64,000 nucleotides of DNA. It comes from Dehalococcoidia bacterium (GTDB lineage: Bacteria > Chloroflexota > Dehalococcoidia > GIF9 > AB-539-J10). The stretch spans positions 6,300 through 70,299 of the forward strand of contig JAUVZB010000005.1 of assembly GCA_030602785.1 (NCBI GenBank), read 5' to 3'. The position numbers were made by a program, and so were the translations under genes. The notes beneath the pieces were generated by a model. The model made no database searches and was not told where the DNA came from. It saw nothing but the letters and a program-made list of their open reading frames with translations. Positions 37,229-46,743 of this stretch are shown here, piece by piece. Within the stretch, counting starts at the first letter, position 1. Each line of letters opens with the position of its first letter.

Positions 37229-38224
37229 TCAGGTTCTTATCCGCAGGCGGGCTGCATACGCCTGCTCACCCGCAGATTGCTCGACTACGATACTGCCCTC
37301 GAGGCCGCTTCCGGAGTACCAGACATCGACGACCTCATCGGACCTGCTATCGGAGTACGCTGCAGTGAGCCTCGCAGCGGCCAGCAGCGTGCTGGCTGTC
37401 ACTGCACCCCGCAGAATCGTCACCGGACTGCCTACATCAAGCACCCGCAATTCGACATCGCCGTCCGGCTCCTTGAGGTCAAGGAGAGACTCGTTCTCCC
37501 GTTGGCTCTTGCCGACGATAATGTGTGCTCCCCCGGCATAGAAATGCCGCCCCTGGCGTAGCAGAGCGAGGTCGTTTACGGAGATATCCTGCACACTTGA
37601 GAACAACGTTCTCGCCTTGATGGCGAACTCGCGGTTCGTCAGAGGACAGCCTCCGGCCGGAGTACCGTATTCCGTCAGGCCCAACTCGGCTGCAAGTTCA
37701 AGCTGCTGCTTGCGATTCCTGCCAGACAGGTCGAGAAACCTGTCCCTGTCGAGGATGCCCTCGATCTCCGGCACCGTGCGCGCCAGGCACCTTGCGCTGA
37801 GCGGCCTGACTATCAGCCCCTTGAGTCCCGAGCACTTGTCCTCGATATTCAGAGCGTCCTGCGTCTGGCTCTTGGGCCTCTGCTTCAGCACGTCTCCCGT
37901 CACGACAAAGTCCGCCCCCTCCTGCTCCATGAGCCGGCGCGCAAGACCGAGCATGTACACACGGCAGTCTATGCAGGGATTGAAGCCTTTTCCATATCCG
38001 TACCGTGGGTTCCTGAGGACCTCGATGTAGTCACGTCCCACCTCCCTCTTGACGAGCCGCACACCAAGCCATTCGGCAGCAGGCTCAGCTCGCTCCGACC
38101 TGCTGCCCACGAAGGGCAGGACGATGTTGAGCGCCACCACCTCAACGCCCTGGTCCACTACCATCCTGATGGCGAGGACCGAATCGAGTCCACCGGACAG
38201 TAATCCTATGGCCTTTGGACGCAT
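37229..38224 (-). CDS. PP-loop ATP pyrophosphatase, ThiI/tRNA-thiolation-like
   Basis: The PP-loop is GLLSGGLDSVLA. The segment CIDCRVYMLGLARRLMEQEGADFVVTGDVLKQRPKSQ resembles the ThiI C-terminal domain. Confidence 0.65.
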   Translation of the reverse strand: MRPKAIGLLSGGLDSVLAIRMVVDQGVEVVALNIVLPFVGSRSERAEPAAEWLGVRLVKREVGRDYIEVLRNPRYGYGKGFNPCIDCRVYMLGLARRLMEQEGADFVVTGDVLKQRPKSQTQDALNIEDKCSGLKGLIVRPLSARCLARTVPEIEGILDRDRFLDLSGRNRKQQLELAAELGLTEYGTPAGGCPLTNREFAIKARTLFSSVQDISVNDLALLRQGRHFYAGGAHIIVGKSQRENESLLDLKEPDGDVELRVLDVGSPVTILRGAVTASTLLAAARLTAAYSDSRSDEVVDVWYSGSGLEGSIVVEQSAGEQAYAARLRIRT

Positions 38225-38471
38225 CTTCTCCTCGATTCCACCTGCACGTGGCAGGTGGAGACATCACAACCTGTTCAGTATACCGCGCCGGCCGCCGACA
38301 GGCGGGACGAACTATCCGCAGCACGCAAACAACTGATGAACGTCACGACAGGCGCGGGGCTCACGATTGCCCGACTGCGCGTGATCGATGCATCACCCAT
38401 CTCCACCATTCCCGACAGCAGGCAGTCAACTTCGTTCGGCTCCTGCGCTGATGAGGAGGATAGCAGCCCTG

Positions 38472-38909
38472 CTACCTGGAAGGCTGCTCCTTGAGCGTGG
38501 CAGTGTTCCGCTCAATCCGCCGCAGGTAGCTGTCAAGCGCACGCAGTTCATCTTCACTGAAACCGGCGGTGAGTCCCGTGCTCCACTCCTCCATCGCCTC
38601 TATCATGGCACGAGCGAGTTGTTTGCCTCCGGGTGTGAGGCACAGCCGGTAGCAGCGCTTGTCGTCTGTGCAACGCTCTCGCGAGACATAGCCGAGGTTG
38701 ACGAGTCTCTTCACTGCGTGGGCGACAGTGGTCTTGTCGAGTCCCGTCTCGACGCTCAAGTCCTCCTGCCTCAGACCCTCCATGTCGTGCAGACGATGAA
38801 CAAAGCGGAGGAGGCGCGGCTCCATGCCAAGCTCGCCGAGACGCTCGCGCATGAACGCGTGCCAAGCACGGTGAATGACGAAGAACCACTTATCGAACGA
38901 GTCCTTCAC
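38472..38909 (-). CDS. MarR-family transcriptional regulator
   Basis: GTG start 6 nt after GGAGG. The wHTH segment is QEDLSVETGLDKTTVAHAVKRLVNLGYVSRERCTDDKRCYRLCLTPGG. It lies 23 nt downstream of the MATE gene. Confidence 0.8.
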   Translation of the reverse strand: MKDSFDKWFFVIHRAWHAFMRERLGELGMEPRLLRFVHRLHDMEGLRQEDLSVETGLDKTTVAHAVKRLVNLGYVSRERCTDDKRCYRLCLTPGGKQLARAMIEAMEEWSTGLTAGFSEDELRALDSYLRRIERNTATLKEQPSR

Positions 38910-38932
38910 GCTTCACCTCCAGTCATCTGTCA

Positions 38933-40330
38933 TCAGGCACCAGTCACCAGGCTCGGGTCCAGAGCCCTTCTCCTGAAGTCGCGCAGCAGAGGAACAAGCA
39001 TCGCCGCCACGAGTGTGAACGAGAGGATATCCGCCAAAGGAAAGGCCAGCCACACGCCATCGGCCTGAAAGAAACGGGGCAGAACAAGCACCAGCGGAAC
39101 GAGGAACAGGATCTGGCGTGAGGTGGAACTCACAAGCGCCTTCCTCACCATCCCCAAGGCCTGGAAGACAGTGGAGCCTACAATCTGGAAGCCAACCAGA
39201 AAGAAGAGCACAAACATGCGCTCGGCCGCGTGGACACCTTGCTCAATCAGCACCGGGTCGGTCGTGAAGACCCGGACAATGGGCCCTGGCGCAAGCGCAA
39301 GAAGCAGAAAGCCAATCGCTGCAACACCGGACGCCACGAGAAGGGCGAACTTCGTCACGCCGAACGCCCTGTCGAACCGCCTGGCGCCATAGCTGAAGCC
39401 CAGTATCGGCTGCAGTCCCTGCGCAATGCCCATCAGGGGCATCGCTGCAAACATCATCGCCCTGTTAGCGATCCCAAACGCCGCGATGGCCATGTCTCCG
39501 CTGTAGAATCCAAGCGTCCTGTTGATGATAAGGACCATGAAGCTGGCCGCACCCATTCTCACGAAGGCAGGAGCCCCGACCGCCAGTATCTCCGTCGAGA
39601 GTCTCCTGTCGAGCCTCAACGACGCCCATCTCAACCGCAATGTGCTCTTACCCGAGAGGAAGTAGCGGGTGATGTAGACGGTTGTGACGACGTGCGAGAT
39701 AACCGTCGCGATTGCTGCGCCCCTCACCCCCATGTGAAGCACAAAGATGAACACCGGGTCAAGAACGATGTTGATCCCCGCACCGAGAATCATGGTCACC
39801 ATCGCGACTCGCGCATTGCCCTCGGCACGAGTCATGTTGTTGATGCCCATGGAGAACATCCCGAAGAAAGCACCGAGCAGCACCACCTCCAGGTACTCCT
39901 TCGCCTGGGGCATAACCAACTCCGATGCCCCGAACCACCCCAGCAGCACGGAGACATTCGGCACAGTCACGAGTGTCACCACCACTCCGGCCACAATGGT
40001 GAGCCCCACTGCGTTGCCCAGGGTCAATTCAGCCTTCTTCAGGTCGCCGGCTCCAAGATTCCTGGACACGACCGACGCAGCCCCTATTCCCACCATCTGG
40101 CCCATCGCCATCATGAACATCATCGCGGGGAACGCCATCGTTACGGCTGCGATACCGATGGAGCCCACTCCCCGACCAATATAGATGGTGTCCACGACGT
40201 TGTAGAGCGCCATCGAGAACATGCCGACCATGGCAGGAAGCGAGAGCTTCCAGAGAAGCGACTTGACCGGCTCAGTCGCAAGCATCTTCTGGCGAGCCAC
40301 GGCGGCAGTGCGCGTGCTTTCTAGTTCCAT
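38933..40330 (-). CDS. MATE-family efflux transporter
   Basis: 12 TM helices. The N-terminal MATE signature is LLWKLSLPAMVGMFSMALYNVVDTIYIGRGVG. I prefer the ATG at 40330; the ORF is open to a TTG at 40369. Confidence 0.85.
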   Translation of the reverse strand: MELESTRTAAVARQKMLATEPVKSLLWKLSLPAMVGMFSMALYNVVDTIYIGRGVGSIGIAAVTMAFPAMMFMMAMGQMVGIGAASVVSRNLGAGDLKKAELTLGNAVGLTIVAGVVVTLVTVPNVSVLLGWFGASELVMPQAKEYLEVVLLGAFFGMFSMGINNMTRAEGNARVAMVTMILGAGINIVLDPVFIFVLHMGVRGAAIATVISHVVTTVYITRYFLSGKSTLRLRWASLRLDRRLSTEILAVGAPAFVRMGAASFMVLIINRTLGFYSGDMAIAAFGIANRAMMFAAMPLMGIAQGLQPILGFSYGARRFDRAFGVTKFALLVASGVAAIGFLLLALAPGPIVRVFTTDPVLIEQGVHAAERMFVLFFLVGFQIVGSTVFQALGMVRKALVSSTSRQILFLVPLVLVLPRFFQADGVWLAFPLADILSFTLVAAMLVPLLRDFRRRALDPSLVTGA

Positions 40331-40340
40331 TGGAAGGAGA

Positions 40341-40376
40341 AGTGTAGCCGATATTGGTTGCCTTCGCAACTAATAT
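40341..40376 (-). promoter_or_regulatory. candidate promoter overlapping an 11-bp-arm palindrome (likely MarR operator)
   Basis: On the minus strand, TTGCGA (40364-40369), 17 nt, then TACACT (40341-40346). The palindrome is ATATTGGTTGC-cttc-GCAACTAATAT (40351-40376, 10/11 matched). The ATG at 40330 follows with no RBS. Confidence 0.35.
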
Positions 40377-40529
40377 GTGTGGCCGTGTACCCCGGAGTGC
40401 CCTCCACCTACAGCTACGTGATTTGACAACAGACAAGATTCGGTTGTAGATTCACGGCATACGTAGGGCCAGCACGCCGGCAGGTGACGCAGAAATGCCG
40501 GGCCGCAGGCGTGCAGTTATGCTAATGCC

Positions 40530-41820
40530 ATGAGAGAAAACACCAATCGCCTGATGCTCAGGCGCATAGTGCCGATACTTGCCGTCTCCCTCTTCCTGAC
40601 GCTTGCGTTGCCGCCTTCGGCCGCGGATGCCGCGTGCAGGGGCGGCCTCTGTCCTGCGGGCGGAGACGACGATTCCGACCGCAAAGTGCAAGTGAATATC
40701 ACTCTCAGCGTAGTCCCCGAAGAGGCAGGGATCATCGAGGTCAACGGAGACGAACTGGAGACCGGCGTGTTCGAGGCAACGCAGGGCGACATAGTGGTGC
40801 TCGAGGCCCTACCCGCCTCCGGATACGAGTTCGACCACTGGAGCGGCTCGCTGAGCAGCACGGACAACCCGCTTGAGACACCCTTCTACAACCACAAGAG
40901 CATCACGGCGAACTTCGTCAGCGACAAAGACGAGGCGGACAGTGCGCCTGATGACGAGAGCGCACTCGTGGTGCGCATCCCGAATGGAACAACAGCCAGG
41001 GACGCGGATGGAGACGAGGTCACAGACGTATCCGTTGACGTGAGGCAACCACACGATGTCCCGGATGACAGGGTCATGGTGAACCAGGTATTCGACCTCG
41101 GGCCCGACGGCGCCACGTTCGACCCGCCTCTCCGCGTTGTGCTCCCGTATGACCCCGGGGAACTCCCCGATGGTGTCCGGGAAGATGAACTTCGGGCTGC
41201 GTATTATGACGATGCAAGCGACACGTGGGTGGAACTGCCATCGGTCGTGGACGAGGACGACATGACGGTGACCGCAGACGTGAGCCATTTCACCGAGTTC
41301 AGCGTTCTTGCGCCGAAGCCCGAGTCCAGTGCGCTCCCTCTCACGGCCCCCGGATTCAGTATCAGCTCACTGGCCATCACGCCGGCAGAGGCCCAGGGTG
41401 GGTGACACGGTCACCGTCAGCGTGGTCGCGAGATATGACGGCAGCGATGCCGAAGGGAGTTCCGCGCTTATCCTGAGCCTCAACGGAGAGGCGGCCCAAG
41501 AGGTGAGCGTCACGCTGGCCCGGGGAGAAAGCAAGACCGTGGAATTCGCGGTGTCGCCGCAGAACGAAGCGACCTACAACGTGGATGTGAACGGGGTCGG
41601 AGGAACGTTCTCCGTGGCCGCAGCTGCTCCGCCGGAGGCTCTCAGCCAGGCAGTTGCGCTTGCCGAGAAGGACTCATCTTCGCTTCCCGTAATCAGCCTG
41701 CCGGGTTGGCCGGCACCGGGCTGGCAACCTGCCGCCCTGATAGGCAGCGCAGTGTTGGGGCTTCTCATTCTCGTCCCGCTGCTCAGGAGACGGTACCTGC
41801 GCTACCGCTACGACATCTAA
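40530..41820 (+). pseudogene. secreted/anchored surface protein (InlB B-repeat-like, CARDB-like, C-terminal TM) split by a frameshift (or a sequencing error)
   Basis: ORFs 40530..41405 and 41308..41820 join as ...FSISSLAITPAEAQ|VGDTVTVSVVARYDG... if one G is removed from the GGG at 41396-41398. Also present are a signal peptide, ASGYEFDHWSG, and the C-terminal anchor AALIGSAVLGLLILVPLLRRR. Confidence 0.6.
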
Positions 41821-41872
41821 TGTCCGCCGGGCGGACAGGCCACAGCAAGGACTGGCTGGAAACGCGCTGCTC

Positions 41873-43108
41873 CTAGCGCCCTATGAGATCCCTCGTCGAG
41901 TCCCACATCTCACGTCGAGCGTCATCCCGCACGGACATCACCAGGGCAGGCTCAGCACCGCAAGCTGCACAGAGAGCTTCTATCACGTCCTCCTCCGTCG
42001 GAGGACAACCCGTGGCCGTGGGCCAGTCATTGTCGACGTCGGCACTGCATTCGCCAATCACAGCGACCTTATCGCCGGCATCGAACTCCTCGGGGTCACC
42101 GACAATGATTGTCAGTCCGTTCATCGCCTGCTCGTATCCAGACGCCTTCAGATACCGCAGGGCACTCTCAAGTTCGGCGATGCAGCCACCACACAACCGG
42201 GGACCCTGGACAACCTCGACACCGGGAAAACCAGCCAACAGGACCTCGAACGCCGGCTTGAAACACTCGGCGTGTGCGATGATTGACTCGCCCACCACAT
42301 CCACGTCGCCAATGCCACTCACTTCGCCGTCCCATTGTGTCATCTCTCGCAGGTACATCACCGAGTCCGGGTCCACTCCCATGAGGGCGCAGCCGACGAG
42401 ATCAGTCGCAAGGGCGTCTCTCCCCGCAAGAATCAGCCCCATCAATCTCGAGTCCTCAGGCCAACGCCAGCGCCCTTCCATGGCAACGCTTGCGTCGACA
42501 ACCGCGAAGGACGGACGCAGCACGGAGAAGAGGTCAAGCAATGTGTTGTTGATGCCGAGCATGTGTCCAGCGCGCTTCTCCGTCCCCGGCAGCACACCGT
42601 ACATGTTCTTCAAGGCAATCGTGGCATTCGTCCTGTTGTGGGTCTTAAGTACAGGAACACTGATGATCACGTCGCTCTCGAGTACTGTCCTGGCCACAAG
42701 AACCCTGTCCATCGCACGAGGCTCCGGAACCTCAACGGGGACCGCGACGTCCGAGTTGAGATAGACGCACCGGACACCCAGTCGCTGGGCGACTCCCGCA
42801 GTGCCCGAGACAGTGAAGACCTCCTCCGTGCTGCAGCTCCCTTCATCGTAGCTGACTACGGCGCCCTCAGCTATCGTCACCGAGGCTGGACCACAGTCCA
42901 GCACTGCCCTTGTGACGGCCTCCGTAACGCGAGCATCGGTAACCATGCCGCTCCCCGAGGGGAATGGTTTGCATAGATTGGGCTTGACAAGCACCCTGGA
43001 GTCCGACCTGATGAGGTCCGAGAAACCTCCTGCCTGCTCAATGGCCTCTCGCACGGCCGTCTCGAAGTCGCAGTCCACTATCTTTACGATACTCACTCTC
43101 TGTCTCAT
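41873..43108 (-). CDS. DUF362-domain protein with a Cys-rich C-terminal extension (paralogue A)
   Basis: AGGAG RBS. The DUF362 segment is VLVKPNLCKPFPSGSGMVTDARVTEAV. The C-terminus has CGGC...GECS...GCPPTEE...LCAACGA. Confidence 0.75.
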   Translation of the reverse strand: MRQRVSIVKIVDCDFETAVREAIEQAGGFSDLIRSDSRVLVKPNLCKPFPSGSGMVTDARVTEAVTRAVLDCGPASVTIAEGAVVSYDEGSCSTEEVFTVSGTAGVAQRLGVRCVYLNSDVAVPVEVPEPRAMDRVLVARTVLESDVIISVPVLKTHNRTNATIALKNMYGVLPGTEKRAGHMLGINNTLLDLFSVLRPSFAVVDASVAMEGRWRWPEDSRLMGLILAGRDALATDLVGCALMGVDPDSVMYLREMTQWDGEVSGIGDVDVVGESIIAHAECFKPAFEVLLAGFPGVEVVQGPRLCGGCIAELESALRYLKASGYEQAMNGLTIIVGDPEEFDAGDKVAVIGECSADVDNDWPTATGCPPTEEDVIEALCAACGAEPALVMSVRDDARREMWDSTRDLIGR

Positions 43109-43169
43109 CTCTTGCTCCTGTAGTCTGTCTTGCGTCCCCCATCGGGGAATCGCGTGGATGAAGCGCGCG

Positions 43170-43583
43170 CTACTCGCCGATGGCCTTCACAACTACCCGC
43201 TTCTTCCTTCGCCCATCGAACTCCGCATAGTACACCTGCTGCCACGGGCCCAGATCGAGGCGCCCGTCGGTGATAGGCACAATAACCTCGTGATGAATCA
43301 GGAGGCTCTTCAGATGCGCGTCGCCATTCATTTCCCCGGTGCCGTGGTGCCGGTAGTCCGGTCGATACGGGGCCAGCTTCTCCAGCCACTCCTCGATGTC
43401 CTGGATGAGCCCCGACTCGGCATCGTTCACATACACCCCTGCCGTTATGTGCATCGCGGAAACCAGCACGAAGCCTTCCTTGATTCCACTGCCCGCCACG
43501 ATCTTCTCTACCTCGCCCGTTATGTTCACATACTCGTGTTCATGCTGTGTATTGAACCACAGGTACTCAGTTGCCGCTTTCAT
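43170..43583 (-). CDS. YjbQ/UPF0047 family (secondary thiamine-phosphate synthase-like)
   Basis: The ATG at 43583 follows GGAGG. Motifs are [36 protein letters not shown] and [16 protein letters not shown]. Confidence 0.8.
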   Translation of the reverse strand: MKAATEYLWFNTQHEHEYVNITGEVEKIVAGSGIKEGFVLVSAMHITAGVYVNDAESGLIQDIEEWLEKLAPYRPDYRHHGTGEMNGDAHLKSLLIHHEVIVPITDGRLDLGPWQQVYYAEFDGRRKKRVVVKAIGE

Positions 43584-43746
43584 CTTGCCTCCGGACACGG
43601 ATCTCCAACGCACAACATGATACCCGCCGCACATCCATGGTGTCGATAGCTCCGGCGGAGGAGTGGATACGCCTGACGCGCTATGCTATTGTGAGCGACC
43701 CGCAAGATGCTCTTCCGGGCTTCTTCAGAGACGAAAGGAAAGCGCC

Positions 43747-44211
43747 ATGGGTATCACTATCGTTGCACTGTCTGATTCACATACGAGCACGCTCAGCAAG
43801 CTGCCGGCGGCGCTGCGTCAGGCCCTGGAGGACGCCGACCTCATCATTCACGCGGGCGACCACACGGAAAGCTCGCTTCTGGACGAACTCAACCAGCTGG
43901 GCGACGTGCTGGCGGTGGCCGGCAACATGGACTCCACCGCAATCAAGGTTCATCTCCCGCGCCGACAGCTGGCCACGTTCGGAGGGAAAACGATTGGCCT
44001 CACACACGGCTCGGGCGCCCCATGGGGAATAGCACAGAGAGTCAGGGAGACGTTTCCTGAAGACCCTGACCTCATCATCTTCGGGCATTCACACGTCTCT
44101 TTCATCGGAGTCGTGGCAGGCGTTATGATGGTCAACCCGGGACCGGCCCGCAGCAGCTACGCCGTAATACGCCTTGGTGAGGAGATTGAGGCAGAGATAG
44201 TCCCTGTCTGA
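43747..44211 (+). CDS. YfcE/MJ0936-type metallophosphoesterase
   Basis: ATG at 43747. Motifs are ALSDSH, IHAGDH, AGNMD, GLTHGSG and IFGHSH. Confidence 0.8.
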   Translation: MGITIVALSDSHTSTLSKLPAALRQALEDADLIIHAGDHTESSLLDELNQLGDVLAVAGNMDSTAIKVHLPRRQLATFGGKTIGLTHGSGAPWGIAQRVRETFPEDPDLIIFGHSHVSFIGVVAGVMMVNPGPARSSYAVIRLGEEIEAEIVPV

Positions 44212-44261
44212 CGACGCTCGAAGAACCCGAAGAACTCAGCAGGCCGATTCTACTCTGCGGA

Positions 44262-45497
44262 CTACGACTCCAGTGACTTCCTGCTGGATTCCCACATCTC
44301 CTCTCGCACCCTGTCACGAACCTCAAGCACCCGGGGGACATCGGCCCCACAGGCCTCGCACAGCACACGAACGACCCGCTCCTCGCTCGGAGCACATCCC
44401 TCCGCAAATGCGCCCAGGTGTGCATGCTGTGCTGCGCAGCGGCCGAGTACGGCTACGCGTGATGCTGGAGGAACGGTCTCCACATCGCCTATGATTACCT
44501 GCAGCTCACCCATCTCGAGTGAGTAGCCCGCCTTGTCCAGATAGGTCAGGGCCGTCACGAGCTCACTCGTGCAACCGGTGCAGGCCGATTCACCACTGAC
44601 AATCGTCACCTGAGGATACCGCTCGCTGAAGGCCTGAAATCCTGCCTTGAACTCCTTGCGGTACTCAGCAATCGGCTGCCCCACGACATTGACACCCTCG
44701 AGGTCCGGCGTCATGCCCTCTCGCTCGGCCATGTAGCGCAGGTGCATTACACGGCGCGGGTCGACCCCCATGAGGTCCGCACCTGCGAGGTCCACGGACA
44801 GCGCATGACGCCCGGCGAGAATCAATCCCACAGGGATGCAGTCCTCAGGATAGCTCCACAGGCCCTGCATACCGACCGTGGCATCAAGCACGACGAAGTG
44901 CGGACAGACAACCGAGTTCAGGTCCACTATGGCCTGGTCCAGGCCCAGCCGATGGGTCTTGCGCTTCTCTGCGCCATGTATGACGCCCTTCATGTTCTTC
45001 AGGCTGAGCGTTATGTCCGTCCTTTTGTGACTCTTCAGCACGGGAACACCGATAATCACGTCGCTCTCCAGCGCGGTCCGGGATATCCTCACGCTGTCCA
45101 TCACGAGCGCATTCTCTATCCTGACATCCTCGTAGGTGTCAGTGTTGAGATTCCGAAGCTCCACTCCCAGGCGTTCGGCGGCGTCGCGGGTTCCCGACAT
45201 AGTGAAGGCCTCTTCGGTGCTCCAACCGAGGCCGTCGTATCCTGCGCCGCAGCCTTCTCCGATGATGACTGAGTGCGGGCCATGCTCCAGCACAAGGCGC
45301 GTGACCGCCTCCGTGACACGGGAGTCGGTGATGGAGCCCGTCCCGGAGCGCTGCGGACTCCACAGGTTCGGTTTCACAAGCACCCGTGATGTGCCGCTGA
45401 TGAGGCCCTCAAGGCCCCCCGCAAGGCGGACAGCGTCGCGGACTGCCTGTTCGATATCGTTGCCCTTCACGCTCGCAACAGCAACCGTTCGCTTCAT
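44262..45497 (-). CDS. DUF362-domain protein with a Cys-rich C-terminal extension (paralogue B)
   Basis: The ATG at 45497 follows AAGGAG. The DUF362 segment is VLVKPNLWSPQRSGTGSITDSRVTEAV. The C-terminus has CTGC...GRCA...GCAPSEE...LCEACGA. At 411 aa it is the same length as paralogue A. Confidence 0.75.
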   Translation of the reverse strand: MKRTVAVASVKGNDIEQAVRDAVRLAGGLEGLISGTSRVLVKPNLWSPQRSGTGSITDSRVTEAVTRLVLEHGPHSVIIGEGCGAGYDGLGWSTEEAFTMSGTRDAAERLGVELRNLNTDTYEDVRIENALVMDSVRISRTALESDVIIGVPVLKSHKRTDITLSLKNMKGVIHGAEKRKTHRLGLDQAIVDLNSVVCPHFVVLDATVGMQGLWSYPEDCIPVGLILAGRHALSVDLAGADLMGVDPRRVMHLRYMAEREGMTPDLEGVNVVGQPIAEYRKEFKAGFQAFSERYPQVTIVSGESACTGCTSELVTALTYLDKAGYSLEMGELQVIIGDVETVPPASRVAVLGRCAAQHAHLGAFAEGCAPSEERVVRVLCEACGADVPRVLEVRDRVREEMWESSRKSLES

Positions 45498-45689
45498 GAG
45501 AGTGTCACTCCTTGACCGTGTGGCGAGAACTCCTGTAGTCCTCCGACTCAGCGTATCCAGCGAGTCGCGTCGTGTCAAAGTCAGCCCGCAGTTGCCAGTG
45601 ACAAGCCAGGAACGTGAGCCATGAGCATCTTCGCAGGGACAGGAAGACGCTCCCCCGCGCAATCCTGTCAGCCTGCAAGGGCTGGCGGG

Positions 45690-46550
45690 CTAGAGAGTGA
45701 TGCGGGTTCCCGCGTTGTTGAAGCGAAACGCGTCACCCAATGCATGCTCCAGCGCGCACGCAGCGTGCAGGCCGGTACAGTGCGACGCGGCCACCACCTC
45801 GACGTTGAGGCGCTTCAATTCCCGGATAGTCTTCTCTATCCGCTCGTCATCAGCAGCCATCAGGTGAGTGCCTCCAACGACGGCGTAGATAGTATCGACG
45901 CCGGTCAACTCCAGCCCGCGCCACAGGTGGTTGATAATTCCACGATGGGCGCAGCCAAGTATGGCTACGAGTCCTTTCTCTGTCTTGATGAATACGGACA
46001 GGTCATCCGGAAGGAGATCTGGCTTGTACTCGCCGTCTTCCCACACAAGGAGCATCGGGTCAATAGTCTCGTATTCGGTCTTCATAGGGACCTCGCCGCT
46101 CGTCACAACGGTGTCACTCAGCCAGACGGGGTCCGCCCCGAGAGTGAAACGGGCGCCACACCTCTCGGCTTCCGCACGGGCATACGGTATGCCGATGTAC
46201 TCGTACTCACAATCAGTCACATACTCCAACATCTTCTCGCCCGGGTGGTAAGCATACTTGCTGCCCCAGATCTGTGGATGGCCCACTACCTGTACCGGTT
46301 TCCGGATGAGCTGCATCAGGGCAAGCAGGCCCCCGGTATGGTCGAAGTGGCCATGGCTAATGGTGATGACGTCCACCCCGGTGAGAGGAACGCCAAGCGC
46401 GAGAGCATTCTGTGCCGCGGCCGACGTCGTGCCAGTGTCCGACAGGAAGGTGAGATTGTCAGTCTCCACGAGCATGCACAATCCCCACTCGGCCAGCAGA
46501 TTTGCCCAACTCACAGTGTTCTCGACCAGCGTGGTAATGCGTACTGTCAT
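45690..46550 (-). CDS. MBL-fold metallohydrolase (COG1237-like)
   Basis: The ATG at 46550 follows GAGGAGG. Motifs are ITTLVENT and VITISHGHFDHTGGL. Confidence 0.75.
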   Translation of the reverse strand: MTVRITTLVENTVSWANLLAEWGLCMLVETDNLTFLSDTGTTSAAAQNALALGVPLTGVDVITISHGHFDHTGGLLALMQLIRKPVQVVGHPQIWGSKYAYHPGEKMLEYVTDCEYEYIGIPYARAEAERCGARFTLGADPVWLSDTVVTSGEVPMKTEYETIDPMLLVWEDGEYKPDLLPDDLSVFIKTEKGLVAILGCAHRGIINHLWRGLELTGVDTIYAVVGGTHLMAADDERIEKTIRELKRLNVEVVAASHCTGLHAACALEHALGDAFRFNNAGTRITL

Positions 46551-46743
46551 CGTCGATACCTCCTCACCCTGACCTCGACGTGGGCCCCACCCGACAACAC
46601 GACACCGAACCCACGCCGTTGCGCCAAGGATAGGAGAGAGGAAAGCACAAGTCAACAGACAGAGACCAGAGGCGTAGCGGGGCCCGGCAAACCCCGTCAT
46701 GTCCCATCAGGACCGGGACTGCTATCATACTGAGCAGCACAAC

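Noticed and set aside
39230-40324. 364-aa plus-strand ORF
   Set aside because: It is antisense to the MATE transporter gene. It is rich in Arg, His and Pro with no motifs. This is the typical shadow ORF of a high-GC gene.
45621-46733. 370-aa plus-strand ORF
   Set aside because: It is a shadow of the MBL-fold gene on the minus strand.
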